Positions 36,380 to 46,137 of a DNA stretch of 64,000 nt are shown here, piece by piece. The translations under genes and the position numbers were made by a program. The DNA lies in the sequence record PP496436.1; one strand, 5' to 3'. Below the pieces are notes generated by a model, which searched no databases, was not told the origin of the DNA, and saw only the letters and a list, made by a program, of their open reading frames with translations. The number at the start of each line of letters is the position of its first letter. Positions within the stretch are counted from its first letter, which is position 1.

Positions 36380-36595
36380 ATGCGCAACACAATGATGAAG
36401 GCGGTCAAGTGCAAGACCTGCAATGGTGAAGGGTTCACGGTTGATACGTCTCGGTCCAAAGGATCGATGGACGAACAGATAGACCGATGCCACACGTGCA
36501 AGGGCCAAAAGGTGGTGATCGTTAAGATCGTTGACCCGTCCCCGGAAGACCAAGCCAATCAGTACGCTGCCCTATACGAACAGGATAAGAAGTAA
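36380..36595 (+). CDS. DnaJ-type CxxCxGxG zinc-finger protein
   Basis: 'CKTCNGEG...CHTCKGQK'. Confidence 0.65.
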   Translation: MRNTMMKAVKCKTCNGEGFTVDTSRSKGSMDEQIDRCHTCKGQKVVIVKIVDPSPEDQANQYAALYEQDKK

Positions 36596-38103
36596 TGGCG
36601 AAGCCAACGAGCAAGACCCGAGCTGCCAAAGTTAAAGCGGGAATCGCAGCAGACGTAAACATCCGGGAAGTTCCCATTCTGGAATGGTCTATCGAGGCGT
36701 ACATCGATACATACGCCAAGATGACTCTGGAAGACCGAGCCATCCCCGACGTGATCGACGGCCTGATGCCATCGGAGCGTCGCACCATCTGGGCAGCTCA
36801 TGTCCTGAATGCCCACCACGAAGGCAAGTTCTACAAAGCCGCCCGTATCGTCGGCGACGTGATCGGCAAGTTCCACCCTCATGGTGACACGTCGGCGTAC
36901 GGTACGCTAGTTAAGAGCGTGATGCATCTGTGCCACCCGTATTTCCTCGGGCAAGGTAACTGGGGTACGGTCGAGGAACCCAAGAAGTTCGCGGCCATGC
37001 GATACACCGAGACGAAGCTGTCCAAGTACAGCGGACTGGTCTTGCTGGACAAAGACTACTTGGCTGTGACCGAGATGGTGCCTACGTACGACGGCTCATT
37101 GCGAGAACCGTTCGTGCTTCCGGCGCTGCTCCCCAACCTGCTGATTAACGGCACGTACGGCGTGGCGACAGGTGCGACCACGTATTGTCCGTCGTTCAAG
37201 ATCGAAGGGGTTATCGCACTGGTTCAGAAGGCCCTGAAAGGTTCGAAGCTTCGTGCACGTGACTGCCACAACCTGCTGGAGTTCAACACCCCGTACGGCG
37301 GCTACGCTGTCGTAGACGAGGACGATGAAGAAGAGGTGGCGGAACTCACCAGCATCTTCGAGACGGGGGTGGGTCGAGTCTACTATGCCTGCGACTACGA
37401 ACTACTGGAAGACAAGCATGCGGCACTGGTGACCGGGTTCGTACCTTATCAGTCGGTCACCGCAGCCGTCCTCAAGATCGGTGAGGACGAACGCGTTGCC
37501 GAAGTTAAAGACGTATCGGGTATCAACGAGGCGGGTGATGTTGAGATCGCCTACCAGATCACGTTCAAGCGCAGCGTCAGCAAGATGATGTTGCAGGAAG
37601 TGGCCGACGAAGTACTGTCTGCATTCGACCGGGTTCAAAACTTCAAGATGAACGTCAACCAGCGGCGCTGGAACGAGATGGACGGTAAAGCTAACTCGAC
37701 GTTTGGCAGTACCGGCGTGCTCGGTGTAGTAGAGACGTGGGTGGCATGGCGGCTGGCGCTGGAGCAACGGTACCTGGAGTACAAGAACTCGAAGCTGGAG
37801 CAACGCAACTGGGCCATCAATACCCTGCTGCTCGCGGCCAATGCGCTGGATGTTATCATGGCAGGCTTGAAGCGGGACGATACCGAGGCCTACATCAAGT
37901 CCAAGCTCAAGATCACTGATGAGCAGGTCGAGTATATCCTTGACCGTCAAGTGCGGTCCCTGAAGAAGCTTAATCAGGATCGACTCAAGTCTGAGCTGAA
38001 AGAAAACCTGGCGACCATCAAACACCACAAGGAAATGATCAAGACTCCAGAGGTTCCTGTGGCGGCACAACTAAAAGACTTCGCCAAGACACTGGCTGAG
38101 TAA
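36595..38103 (+). CDS. gyrA: Type IIA topoisomerase, GyrA/ParC-like subunit lacking the beta-pinwheel CTD
   Basis: 'DRAIPDVIDGLMP..RR', 'GKFHPHGD', catalytic 'AAMRYTE'; ends at 502 aa after the coiled coil. Confidence 0.93.
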   Translation: MAKPTSKTRAAKVKAGIAADVNIREVPILEWSIEAYIDTYAKMTLEDRAIPDVIDGLMPSERRTIWAAHVLNAHHEGKFYKAARIVGDVIGKFHPHGDTSAYGTLVKSVMHLCHPYFLGQGNWGTVEEPKKFAAMRYTETKLSKYSGLVLLDKDYLAVTEMVPTYDGSLREPFVLPALLPNLLINGTYGVATGATTYCPSFKIEGVIALVQKALKGSKLRARDCHNLLEFNTPYGGYAVVDEDDEEEVAELTSIFETGVGRVYYACDYELLEDKHAALVTGFVPYQSVTAAVLKIGEDERVAEVKDVSGINEAGDVEIAYQITFKRSVSKMMLQEVADEVLSAFDRVQNFKMNVNQRRWNEMDGKANSTFGSTGVLGVVETWVAWRLALEQRYLEYKNSKLEQRNWAINTLLLAANALDVIMAGLKRDDTEAYIKSKLKITDEQVEYILDRQVRSLKKLNQDRLKSELKENLATIKHHKEMIKTPEVPVAAQLKDFAKTLAE

Positions 38104-38130
38104 CCCAATCCGAAACATGAGGCACATCCC

Positions 38131-38823
38131 ATGGCGAGCACGCTGGGCATTAAAGAAGCACAAGACATACTGGGGCTGGAACCGGGCGCTGACCTTGCCG
38201 ACGTCAAAAAGGCGGTGCGCAAGCTGTGCCAAAGGTTCCACCCGGACAAGGAAGGCGGTGACCCTGAGATGTTCCGACGTGTACGGGAAGCTGGGGAGTT
38301 GCTGGAGGAGATTCTGGCGGATCACGACATCATCCCGAATGAGGAATACCTGGACGCGCTCAACTACGTCATCACCATGCTCGGCCAGAAGTACGTGGCG
38401 GCTGAGATGGACGGGATGAATGCCAGGCGTCGTGTCGCGATCAAGATGACCAACGACGTTTTCAGCTTCCACAACCTGCAGCAAGCGGCCTTCGCAGCGG
38501 CAGCCCCGCCCAGTGCAGAGTCCTACGTGTTGAACGAACTCGAACAGGAGATCAAAGTCAACATCGATGAGTTCAATTCATCTATCGAACGGCACTCTGT
38601 TCAGGGTAAAGGGCTGCGCATGTTGATGCAAAACATGAAAGCGCCGAAGATGGCCTACTCCGTGTGGCAAGACGCTCGGGATTCCTTGGCGCAGGCTATT
38701 CGCCAGCAACGCAACAACATCCGCATGGCGAAGATCCGGCTGCAAGCACTGGAAGAGTTCGAAGCCATCCAGCACAAGCGCAAGCAGGAAGCCATTCGTC
38801 TGGCCCATGGGGTGCGCTCATGA
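38131..38823 (+). CDS. J-domain (DnaJ-like) protein
   Basis: 'AQDILGL...VKKAVRKLCQRFHPDKEGGD..MF' with HPD motif. Confidence 0.85.
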   Translation: MASTLGIKEAQDILGLEPGADLADVKKAVRKLCQRFHPDKEGGDPEMFRRVREAGELLEEILADHDIIPNEEYLDALNYVITMLGQKYVAAEMDGMNARRRVAIKMTNDVFSFHNLQQAAFAAAAPPSAESYVLNELEQEIKVNIDEFNSSIERHSVQGKGLRMLMQNMKAPKMAYSVWQDARDSLAQAIRQQRNNIRMAKIRLQALEEFEAIQHKRKQEAIRLAHGVRS

Positions 38824-39431
38824 TCTCGGAGCAAATGGTGCACTGGTTGAAGACCGCAGCTCCGTGGAAGCCCGTGCTGATCGTGGATATCGACGGTGTG
38901 ATCTTGAACAACGAACATCGCCTGCATCACATCGTGCACACGGTGGACGGCGTTCAGGTGAACCGTACGGATGCGGACTGGGAGGCCTTCCATGCCAAAG
39001 GCTCCATGGATACGCCGGGCGCGGCGGCAGCGTTCATTGAGGCAGCTTACAACACGTTCACTCCGATCTTCGTTACGGCCCGTGTGGCCTTTGGTGAGCA
39101 GCGCAAGCACGTGCACCAGATGCTTGAGAAGACGTTGCCCAAGATCAAGGACATCAACTGGCGTACAGGTTGCCCGTCCAAGGATGAGATATTTCCATTG
39201 TTCATGCGGGCGCCCAACGAGAACTGGGACACACAGAAGGTGGGCGGTGGGGACGCCATCGTGCACCACTCTGATTACAAGCGAGTGGCGATCCAGTGGC
39301 TTCGGGCTCAAGGTATAAATCCCATGGCTGGTCTGGATGACTCCCTTACCATTTGCAAGATGTTCGCGGAGGAAGGCCTCCTGAGCTTGCGAGTGCACAA
39401 CCACGTAGCAGATGCGGCGCTGATGCGCTGA
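38820..39431 (+). CDS. HAD-family phosphatase (PNK 3'-phosphatase-like)
   Basis: 'IVDIDGVI', 'VTAR', 'LDDS'; ATGA overlap at 38820. Confidence 0.8.
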   Translation: MISEQMVHWLKTAAPWKPVLIVDIDGVILNNEHRLHHIVHTVDGVQVNRTDADWEAFHAKGSMDTPGAAAAFIEAAYNTFTPIFVTARVAFGEQRKHVHQMLEKTLPKIKDINWRTGCPSKDEIFPLFMRAPNENWDTQKVGGGDAIVHHSDYKRVAIQWLRAQGINPMAGLDDSLTICKMFAEEGLLSLRVHNHVADAALMR

Positions 39432-39441
39432 GGATAAGAAC

Positions 39442-39825
39442 ATGAAGACTGAACAAGAAATGCAGCGCGCCAAGATTTCCCAATCGATGGCCGCGCTTCT
39501 TAACGATGCCGTCGGCGGATCGATTGGTTCTTCGTTGCGTGACCTGGGAAACGCGACCATGGGTAAACCTGAAGCAGCTCACGAAGGTGGTATGTCCGCC
39601 GCCATGCGACAGGAGAAAGAGTCGCTGGAAAAGTTCGGTGACAACTACCTTACCATGATGAGCAGACCGAAACACAAGCGCAAGGTGATGAACCGAGCGA
39701 TCACGCGGGTCAACGCCATCGTCTCCAAACATGGCGTGTGCCCAAAGGTGCTGGCGCCGGTCCGCTTCGTGTCGTCTAAGACGGACGTGTTCAAACTGGC
39801 TAAGATAAAACTGATCAAAGCGTAA
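39442..39825 (+). CDS. Hypothetical protein
   Basis: 127 aa, SD GAGG. Confidence 0.65.
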   Translation: MKTEQEMQRAKISQSMAALLNDAVGGSIGSSLRDLGNATMGKPEAAHEGGMSAAMRQEKESLEKFGDNYLTMMSRPKHKRKVMNRAITRVNAIVSKHGVCPKVLAPVRFVSSKTDVFKLAKIKLIKA

Positions 39826-39871
39826 GGTGAGTAAACCAATGCCCGGCCTAACCGTCGGGCATTGTCGCCTG

Positions 39872-39901
39872 TTGACAGCCCGCTTCGACGTGTGGCATAC
39901 T
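39872..39901 (+). promoter_or_regulatory. Sigma70-type promoter
   Basis: TTGACA-18 bp-CATACT. Confidence 0.65.
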
Positions 39902-39970
39902 GGCACCATGGGGCTACCATGGCCCCGGAAATGCTGGATCGACCAGCCACTGTCCTAAGAGGAAAGCACC

Positions 39971-40393
39971 ATGTCCAAGCCCGTACCCACCCTGTTCCTT
40001 AAGGCCCCGTTCGAAATCGTCTGGGGTAAACCGGAAGATGGCAACGAACTGCCGGGATCTCCGTTTGACGGCATCAACGTCAAAGGCAATGACTACGCTG
40101 CCAGCGCACAAGATCTTATGCTGCTGCACACGATGGTCGATGACTGGGCCTTCGTTCGCTTCACCGTGTTCGGCTTCGAGTTGACTCTGGATCAGATGCT
40201 GATGCTTTGCTGGTGGGAAGACAAACGCCCGGCGCACTGGTCAATGGCAGAGCATGTGGACAATCCCCAAGTGAATACTGCCAGCCCTAACGAGGCAACT
40301 CTCGCCCAGCGCTGTGCCCAGATTATTTCAGTCGCATTGGGCAGCGCCGGGAATTGCATTCTTGATACCGAGTCGAATCCCAGCAACATCTGA
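39971..40393 (+). CDS. Hypothetical protein
   Basis: 140 aa, SD GAGGA, CCACTGTCC leader motif. Confidence 0.65.
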   Translation: MSKPVPTLFLKAPFEIVWGKPEDGNELPGSPFDGINVKGNDYAASAQDLMLLHTMVDDWAFVRFTVFGFELTLDQMLMLCWWEDKRPAHWSMAEHVDNPQVNTASPNEATLAQRCAQIISVALGSAGNCILDTESNPSNI

Positions 40394-40449
40394 TTAACAC
40401 ACGGACCTTTCGGGGTCCGTTTCCACTATGTCCCAAAGAGGAATGCAAC

Positions 40450-40803
40450 ATGAGCCGTGCACCCGTTCGCAACAGGGTATACACCCTAGGTGAAATCATC
40501 GACGATCTGTTCCTACGTGACACACCGTGTCTGCTGGTGTACGTCGGTGATGGTGGTAGCCCGATCAAGAGCTACTACCCTGTCAACTATGAAGGCACCT
40601 ACGAAGAGATGCGTAAGCTGCCGGGCTGGGAAGACAGCCGCTGGACGTTCACTCGCGAGACCAGTGAATGGATTCCAGTCTTCCACTGGGACAACGATCA
40701 GGGTAGTCCATCGCAACTGGTGCAGGTGACCCGCAGCGAGTACTTCGATCTGGAGCACACGTCCATGGATCGTCTCATCGTAACCCCGAAAGAGGTGGCT
40801 TGA
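40450..40803 (+). CDS. Hypothetical protein
   Basis: 117 aa, SD GAGGA. Confidence 0.65.
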   Translation: MSRAPVRNRVYTLGEIIDDLFLRDTPCLLVYVGDGGSPIKSYYPVNYEGTYEEMRKLPGWEDSRWTFTRETSEWIPVFHWDNDQGSPSQLVQVTRSEYFDLEHTSMDRLIVTPKEVA

Positions 40804-40804
40804 C

Positions 40805-41269
40805 ATGATCCAGATGGCACGTGACATTGACTTTTCCCTTCCGCACTCCAGCTCCAACTCGGTCAATTTCATCTTGCATGTAGGAAAGATCAAGAACGGT
40901 GAGCGTGTAGATTCCTTCGCGTCAGACGAGTTGAAGCTTACAATCGAATCCACCAATCTGGACGGGGTGCTTATCAGCCTGCTGGCTAAAGCGTCCAACC
41001 TAGAACTACCTACCGTTGCACGGGCCGGACTTGATTATCTGATCGAGCGTGTCCAGCGGCAGTACGATTATGCTGTGATCGAGAACAGCTTCTACCGAAC
41101 CATTCAAGGCTCTGATAATAAGGGTATGGGTATCCGCCGCAATAAGCAGGTGACTGGCAACCGGGAGTACACATTGAAAGAGTGGGCTGCGTGCTTCCTC
41201 CGGGGCCAAGGTGCCTATCCCGAGTACGAACGGGAGTTCTTATCGAGCCCCTGCCCTCCCCGCTTCTGA
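40805..41269 (+). CDS. Hypothetical protein
   Basis: 154 aa, SD GAGGT. Confidence 0.6.
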   Translation: MIQMARDIDFSLPHSSSNSVNFILHVGKIKNGERVDSFASDELKLTIESTNLDGVLISLLAKASNLELPTVARAGLDYLIERVQRQYDYAVIENSFYRTIQGSDNKGMGIRRNKQVTGNREYTLKEWAACFLRGQGAYPEYEREFLSSPCPPRF

Positions 41270-41278
41270 GTAATCGAT

Positions 41279-41773
41279 ATGAAGAACTATCGAGTAGAAA
41301 AGACCACGGTGACTGATCTGATGCTTTGTGCGTTGGATCAGGGATTCTTAGTCAATGCCTACCACGACAATAAGAAGAGACCCGTGGTAATGGTGGTGCG
41401 TATCCATGAGGACAAGATGAAGCTGGTCAGTCATACGACGGGCAAGAGCTACGTCCACATGCTGGTTCAGTCTCTCGCTGATTCTCACGCACTGTTCCCC
41501 AGCGTTCGTGACGTAGATGCACCCGTGGCTAAGAAAGACCTTACCCCACTGCTGGTGCAGGCAATGGAACGCGGATTCCGTGTTCACGGTGGCGGGCCAA
41601 GGGATAAAGGTGACACCACCTATTCAGTGATGATCTCACGGGACACTGACACCGAGATCCTTGTCCTCGCAGCGGCCACTGAGGAAGATCACTGTGACGC
41701 ACTGGAAAAGGCATTGACACTGGCGCTGGAACGCTTCGGCCAGGTTGTCCCGATCAGGAAAAATAAAGTTTGA
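41279..41773 (+). CDS. Hypothetical protein
   Basis: 164 aa ORF in operon context. Confidence 0.6.
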   Translation: MKNYRVEKTTVTDLMLCALDQGFLVNAYHDNKKRPVVMVVRIHEDKMKLVSHTTGKSYVHMLVQSLADSHALFPSVRDVDAPVAKKDLTPLLVQAMERGFRVHGGGPRDKGDTTYSVMISRDTDTEILVLAAATEEDHCDALEKALTLALERFGQVVPIRKNKV

Positions 41774-41798
41774 CAGCCAAAACTGGCTCTGGTACAAT
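41770..41798 (+). promoter_or_regulatory. Sigma70-type promoter
   Basis: TTGACA-17 bp-TACAAT. Confidence 0.85.
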
Positions 41799-41848
41799 GT
41801 ATGTGCCGCGCCGTAAAGCGGCACACTACCCGAAGTGAAGGAACCGAG

Positions 41849-42751
41849 ATGACCAAAACATTAGCGCTGGCTCCTATGGAGAAAGCAAATCTGATACAGG
41901 ACGCTGAGTTCGCCGCGACCGCCATCAAAGAGTTGCTTACCCTGCTGATCGAAACCACTACCGAGTTGAAGAAAGAGCACGAAGACCCAATGTCTGCGGC
42001 CAAAGCTCGGTGTGATGAGTTGCATAAGACGGTGACCAAGATCGTGTCGTCGCACAACGCCAAGAACCCTGAATTCATGTTGGCTATCGAGTCTTCGACC
42101 CGAGTGACCAACCATACCGTCTCAATCATGGACTTGACCAAACGTCGAGGGTTGAGAGTCGGTAAACCCTATCTCCTAAGCTACAAGAAAGAGCTGGCTG
42201 ACAAGCTGGTTCAACTCGTAGACTTTCATCAGTTCTCAAAAGGACTGCCCGTAAAAGGGACGAAAGACGCCTTGTCTGATACCGTGGTAGCACTCGCCGC
42301 CGATGCCGACAGCATCGATGCAAAGGTGAAGGCTAGCTCGGACAACTCCAAGAACCCTGTGTTCATGATGGAGATGAATATCGTCCCGCCGTTCAACTAC
42401 TTCTACGTACAACCCCGCAAGTTTCTGCTCCACAAGCTCGCCTTCGACCGCATCGGCAAAGGTGACAACAGCGACTTCATCGTGCTGAAGAAGCAAAAGG
42501 TTCTGGTGGTGGACAACGTTGCCGCCGAGAACTACAAGATGGAACCGCTGGAGCTGGCCGCTACGCTGATCGAAGCCATCAATCTGAAACGCCCCGCTGG
42601 CACATCAGAGCTGGCGATGGTGATGGAAGAGCATGCGTCACTCAAAGGCAGTTCAGGCTACACGTTCTACTGGGTGGTTCCTCTGCCCACGCTTCACGTG
42701 CTGCAACCCATCATCGGCCAAGGTACCCTCGCTTGGGGCTTGGCAGTCTAA
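41849..42751 (+). CDS. Hypothetical protein
   Basis: Start MTKTLAL at 41849 (SD AAGGA); 300 aa. Confidence 0.7.
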   Translation: MTKTLALAPMEKANLIQDAEFAATAIKELLTLLIETTTELKKEHEDPMSAAKARCDELHKTVTKIVSSHNAKNPEFMLAIESSTRVTNHTVSIMDLTKRRGLRVGKPYLLSYKKELADKLVQLVDFHQFSKGLPVKGTKDALSDTVVALAADADSIDAKVKASSDNSKNPVFMMEMNIVPPFNYFYVQPRKFLLHKLAFDRIGKGDNSDFIVLKKQKVLVVDNVAAENYKMEPLELAATLIEAINLKRPAGTSELAMVMEEHASLKGSSGYTFYWVVPLPTLHVLQPIIGQGTLAWGLAV

Positions 42752-42781
42752 TCCGTTCACCCACCATAAAGAGTAATTGAA

Positions 42782-43207
42782 ATGGCAAAAGGTAAAACCC
42801 CGCTGTATCTGAGCTACATTGACACCATCAATGGTCTGCTCAACTCCATCAAGTTCTCCGCAGAACTGCCGGTGCACAAGAAGTCCATCGACCGCTCGGG
42901 CCGTAACGTCGAGTGGTTGCGCAAGGGGATCAAGCGGGGTAAGCTGACCATCCCCGGCACCGACTATGGCAACGAGTTCTGGAAGTTGGCCCAATTGCTG
43001 GAGGTGGAAGCACCAAGCGTTGAATTGTCTAGTAAGGTAGATATGATTAATGTCAAGCCCGGCGAGACGGTTACCCTAAACGTTCAAGGTAGTACTCCTG
43101 CTCATAAGCGTCAGATCAGCAAGAACCGTCACTTCGCCGAGAACTACGGCACCAACGCAGACGTGACGGCCAGCACCAAGACCCTCGACAAGTATGAAAC
43201 CCGCTAA
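42782..43207 (+). CDS. Hypothetical protein
   Basis: 141 aa. Confidence 0.65.
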   Translation: MAKGKTPLYLSYIDTINGLLNSIKFSAELPVHKKSIDRSGRNVEWLRKGIKRGKLTIPGTDYGNEFWKLAQLLEVEAPSVELSSKVDMINVKPGETVTLNVQGSTPAHKRQISKNRHFAENYGTNADVTASTKTLDKYETR

Positions 43208-43685
43208 TCTCAAAGCTCTAGGGATCGACACCAGACCCGGAGCGATGAACATTCCTGATGGAAGGTGCTGGGTGTGCCCGGCGGTAGCTGGGCTGGAAGA
43301 CCATCACATCATTCCGCGACACTGTGGGGGTGAAGGTGGGCCACAAGTCAGACTGTGCGGCGTGTGCCATACGTCGATCCACAATCTGGCCAACAACAAG
43401 AAAGTGCTGGCGCAAGAGATTGAACCGCTGGAGATCCATGAGTACAACAAGGCTTGGTCCGACGCACTGATGCTGCGCAAAGGTCATGCACTGGCGTATG
43501 TCATCGCGAAGTCCAACAAGGTGACGAAGGGGGACGCCAACAGGAAGGTTAAGTTCGCCACCACGTTTGACGGACTCACCAGCAGGCAGTTGAAGCAACT
43601 CAAGAAGAGCATGGGCTGCACAAGCCTTGACCAAACAATAGTGACGTTGATAAAACAGGCCCACGGGCGACTGTTTAGGGGATAG
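43194..43685 (+). CDS. HNH endonuclease-family protein
   Basis: 'CWVC...EDHHIIPRHCGG...VRLCGVCHTSIH'. Confidence 0.8.
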   Translation: MKPANLKALGIDTRPGAMNIPDGRCWVCPAVAGLEDHHIIPRHCGGEGGPQVRLCGVCHTSIHNLANNKKVLAQEIEPLEIHEYNKAWSDALMLRKGHALAYVIAKSNKVTKGDANRKVKFATTFDGLTSRQLKQLKKSMGCTSLDQTIVTLIKQAHGRLFRG

Positions 43686-43687
43686 AG

Positions 43688-44611
43688 ATGACCAAAAGTA
43701 CTTCAGCTAACCAGAAGCAATTGAAAGACGTAGTTAGCTCACCGAAGCCATTCAATACAAAGCTAGAGCTGTATGTAGAAGATCATTTGTATTTCGATAC
43801 GAAGAAGCCGTCGATCAAGGCGTCTTTCTCCGAGCTGGGGTTACAGCCGTTCGCCAAGGCACCGTCCAAAGGGTTCATCCCTAATCTGTCCAAGCTGGCC
43901 CGCTCCACCAACGGACCCGAACTGTTCCAGCATCTGGGCTCCCTCACCCAGAACCTAGATGCCAGCCAACTACGGCTGCTGTCCGTGGTGTTCAACAACA
44001 TGGCGAAGATGGAAGCCCATGGCTTGAATTTCGGCCAGAAGGTTTACGTCAACGTCTCAAGCCCGCGCATCGAGTTCGTCGAGTGCTACGTCGAGGCCAT
44101 CGTGATCGGCGTCGAGTCGGAACATCCAGAGTCCCCGGTGTTCCTGAGCGTAGCCTTCGAGAAGATGGCGGCAGATGCTCCGATGTGTTGGTCAATGCCC
44201 ACCAGCTCTTTCCTGACCGAACGCCAGTTCCGGCTGCTGCGTAAGAGGCTGCGTGCGGAAGGCAAGACCAGTGTACCGGACAAGATTCGCAAGGAACACT
44301 TGTGCTGGGAACGCGAGAACTTCGGTAAGCCGTCGAACCGGTTGTCCGTTGACGAGACTGTTCAAACCATCGACACCGTCTCGGAGGACTGGCTCAACAG
44401 CAACGTCCTCTCCCTGCTTGATCCGTATGTGGATCCGACAGCACTGGAAGAGACCGAAGTGGCCGATGTCGAAGTGGTTGAAGAGAAGAAGACGCGAACC
44501 CGTGGTCCACGGAATCGTCGTGCAGAAGATAAGCAGACGCTTAGCCAAACTAAGGTCAAGTCGTCTGGTTCAGTGAAGATGAGCAACAACAGCATCTCCA
44601 TCGTTCACTGA
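43688..44611 (+). CDS. Hypothetical protein
   Basis: 307 aa. Confidence 0.7.
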   Translation: MTKSTSANQKQLKDVVSSPKPFNTKLELYVEDHLYFDTKKPSIKASFSELGLQPFAKAPSKGFIPNLSKLARSTNGPELFQHLGSLTQNLDASQLRLLSVVFNNMAKMEAHGLNFGQKVYVNVSSPRIEFVECYVEAIVIGVESEHPESPVFLSVAFEKMAADAPMCWSMPTSSFLTERQFRLLRKRLRAEGKTSVPDKIRKEHLCWERENFGKPSNRLSVDETVQTIDTVSEDWLNSNVLSLLDPYVDPTALEETEVADVEVVEEKKTRTRGPRNRRAEDKQTLSQTKVKSSGSVKMSNNSISIVH

Positions 44612-44675
44612 TACCGATCCGCTGTATACCTTAAGTTGCTTATACCTTCAATACAACGAACCGAGATTCTGATAC

Positions 44676-45755
44676 ATGAAGATTACAAATGTGCATTCCA
44701 CCCTACTCAATCTTGGAGTTAACCGATCACTGCTGGAGCAAGCAGTTCAGGTTACATTGAGTGCGTTGATGCGACTGATCTCAGTTGACGCATACTGTAA
44801 GAAGATGAAGAAAGACTTCGGCATCGTGATGAACACTCAAGTGTTCAACGACACCTTCGACAACGGCTACTATCTGAAACATGTCAAGCTTTATCTGGCG
44901 TGGTGTGTCGGCAAGAAGCTGACGGACAGCATCGACATCCGCCGGGCAGGTCGCCAGTTCGAACTAGATGCCAAAGATCGTCAGCTGGTCAACCTGATGA
45001 AACCCGCCGACCGCAAGATGGTACTGAGCAAGATCAATCCGGAAGTCGAACTGTACGCGTCACCCAAGGTGATGGACATCAAGATTGGTGCCGCCATCGA
45101 CTCGCTGACAGACCACATCGGCAAGTTCACCAACAAGAAGTTGACCTTCACCACGAAGGGCACTGGCCGGGACAAGGATGACGTGCACAGTGATCTTCGT
45201 ATCGCCGCGTTGCGTGCCGCCTACAAGACCTACCCGTTCCAGCTGTGTGACTTGCATCTCATCAACTCGATGAAGTCTGCCATCCACAACGTCGGCATCA
45301 ACCTGATCCAGTCCGCCACGACCAAGAGTCGTCAAGTGATGGTCAAGGAAGATGATGAGTTCATCATGCTGCGCGAGAACTTCGACTTCTACGGCAGCCA
45401 TAACGACGTGGCGTCGGTCGTGAGCAGTTGCGGGCTGGACGGGGGCGCCGCTATGGGCTCAGGCGGGTGTTCCACCACTGACAGCATTACGTATCAGCAG
45501 TTGGTGTCCCAAGTCAAAGGCCGGGCAGCACAGTTCCTCGTAATGCTGGCCGGTCACTACTCGGAAAGGTTCTCCGCGTACTTGCGACAGATCGGCATCA
45601 ACAAAGACAATGATGAATGGTCCCAAGCAGTTCTCACCGGTCGGCGCACGTCCATCCAGCGCTACTGTGAGATCATCGCAGACTATTGCAAAGTCCCCCA
45701 CGAGATTGCCAACAAACTGCTAGCAGGTTATCGCCAGCAGATGGCTGTAATGTAA
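44676..45755 (+). CDS. Possible phage RNA polymerase sigma-like factor
   Basis: 359 aa, mostly helical; 'DKDDVHSDLRIAALRAAYKTY...SMKSAIHNVGINLI' resembles sigma70 region 2 (weak). Confidence 0.35.
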   Translation: MKITNVHSTLLNLGVNRSLLEQAVQVTLSALMRLISVDAYCKKMKKDFGIVMNTQVFNDTFDNGYYLKHVKLYLAWCVGKKLTDSIDIRRAGRQFELDAKDRQLVNLMKPADRKMVLSKINPEVELYASPKVMDIKIGAAIDSLTDHIGKFTNKKLTFTTKGTGRDKDDVHSDLRIAALRAAYKTYPFQLCDLHLINSMKSAIHNVGINLIQSATTKSRQVMVKEDDEFIMLRENFDFYGSHNDVASVVSSCGLDGGAAMGSGGCSTTDSITYQQLVSQVKGRAAQFLVMLAGHYSERFSAYLRQIGINKDNDEWSQAVLTGRRTSIQRYCEIIADYCKVPHEIANKLLAGYRQQMAVM

Positions 45756-45766
45756 GGAGAGCTGTC

Positions 45767-45982
45767 ATGCCCCGTATCGTATTGCACCCCTCTGCAAGTA
45801 GTTGGTTCAACGGTCTGAAGTTCGCTGAGCGTCTGTATATCAGCGATGGACATACGCTCGATCAGATCGAGCACCACCTTGCCACAGAGAGAAATATCAT
45901 CCTGCGGGATGCAGAGTACCTACGGGGCGTTGATGACTATCTGGGATACGCCCGTGAAAATCTCCGGGCTGTCCATCACTAA
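45767..45982 (+). CDS. Hypothetical protein
   Basis: Start MPRIVL at 45767 with SD AGGAG; 71 aa. Confidence 0.6.
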   Translation: MPRIVLHPSASSWFNGLKFAERLYISDGHTLDQIEHHLATERNIILRDAEYLRGVDDYLGYARENLRAVHH

Positions 45983-45999
45983 TCAAAGAGGAAACGACC

Positions 46000-46137
46000 A
46001 TGCGTCGAGCCCAACGTACATCTCAAGGCTTCAAGAACGGTTCCCACAATCGCAAGATGAAGGACCACCGCAAACAACTCAACCAACCTCAAACCGAAGT
46101 ACCGAAGGTTTGGGAAGCACTGGCGGAACTGGCATGA
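46000..46137 (+). CDS. Small basic protein (below ORF-track cutoff)
   Basis: MRRAQRTSQGFKNGSHNRKMKDHRKQLNQPQTEVPKVWEALAELA (45 aa), SD GAGGA, ATGA overlap with the next gene. Confidence 0.6.
   Translation: MRRAQRTSQGFKNGSHNRKMKDHRKQLNQPQTEVPKVWEALAELA

Noticed and set aside
36595-38103. Calling the enzyme a true supercoiling DNA gyrase
   Set aside because: No C-terminal pinwheel or GyrA-box; the gyrA/gyrB symbols here indicate homology only.
43194-43685. HNH gene as a mobile homing endonuclease
   Set aside because: It is free-standing, coupled to its neighbours, and interrupts no recognisable gene; mobility cannot be supported from the sequence.
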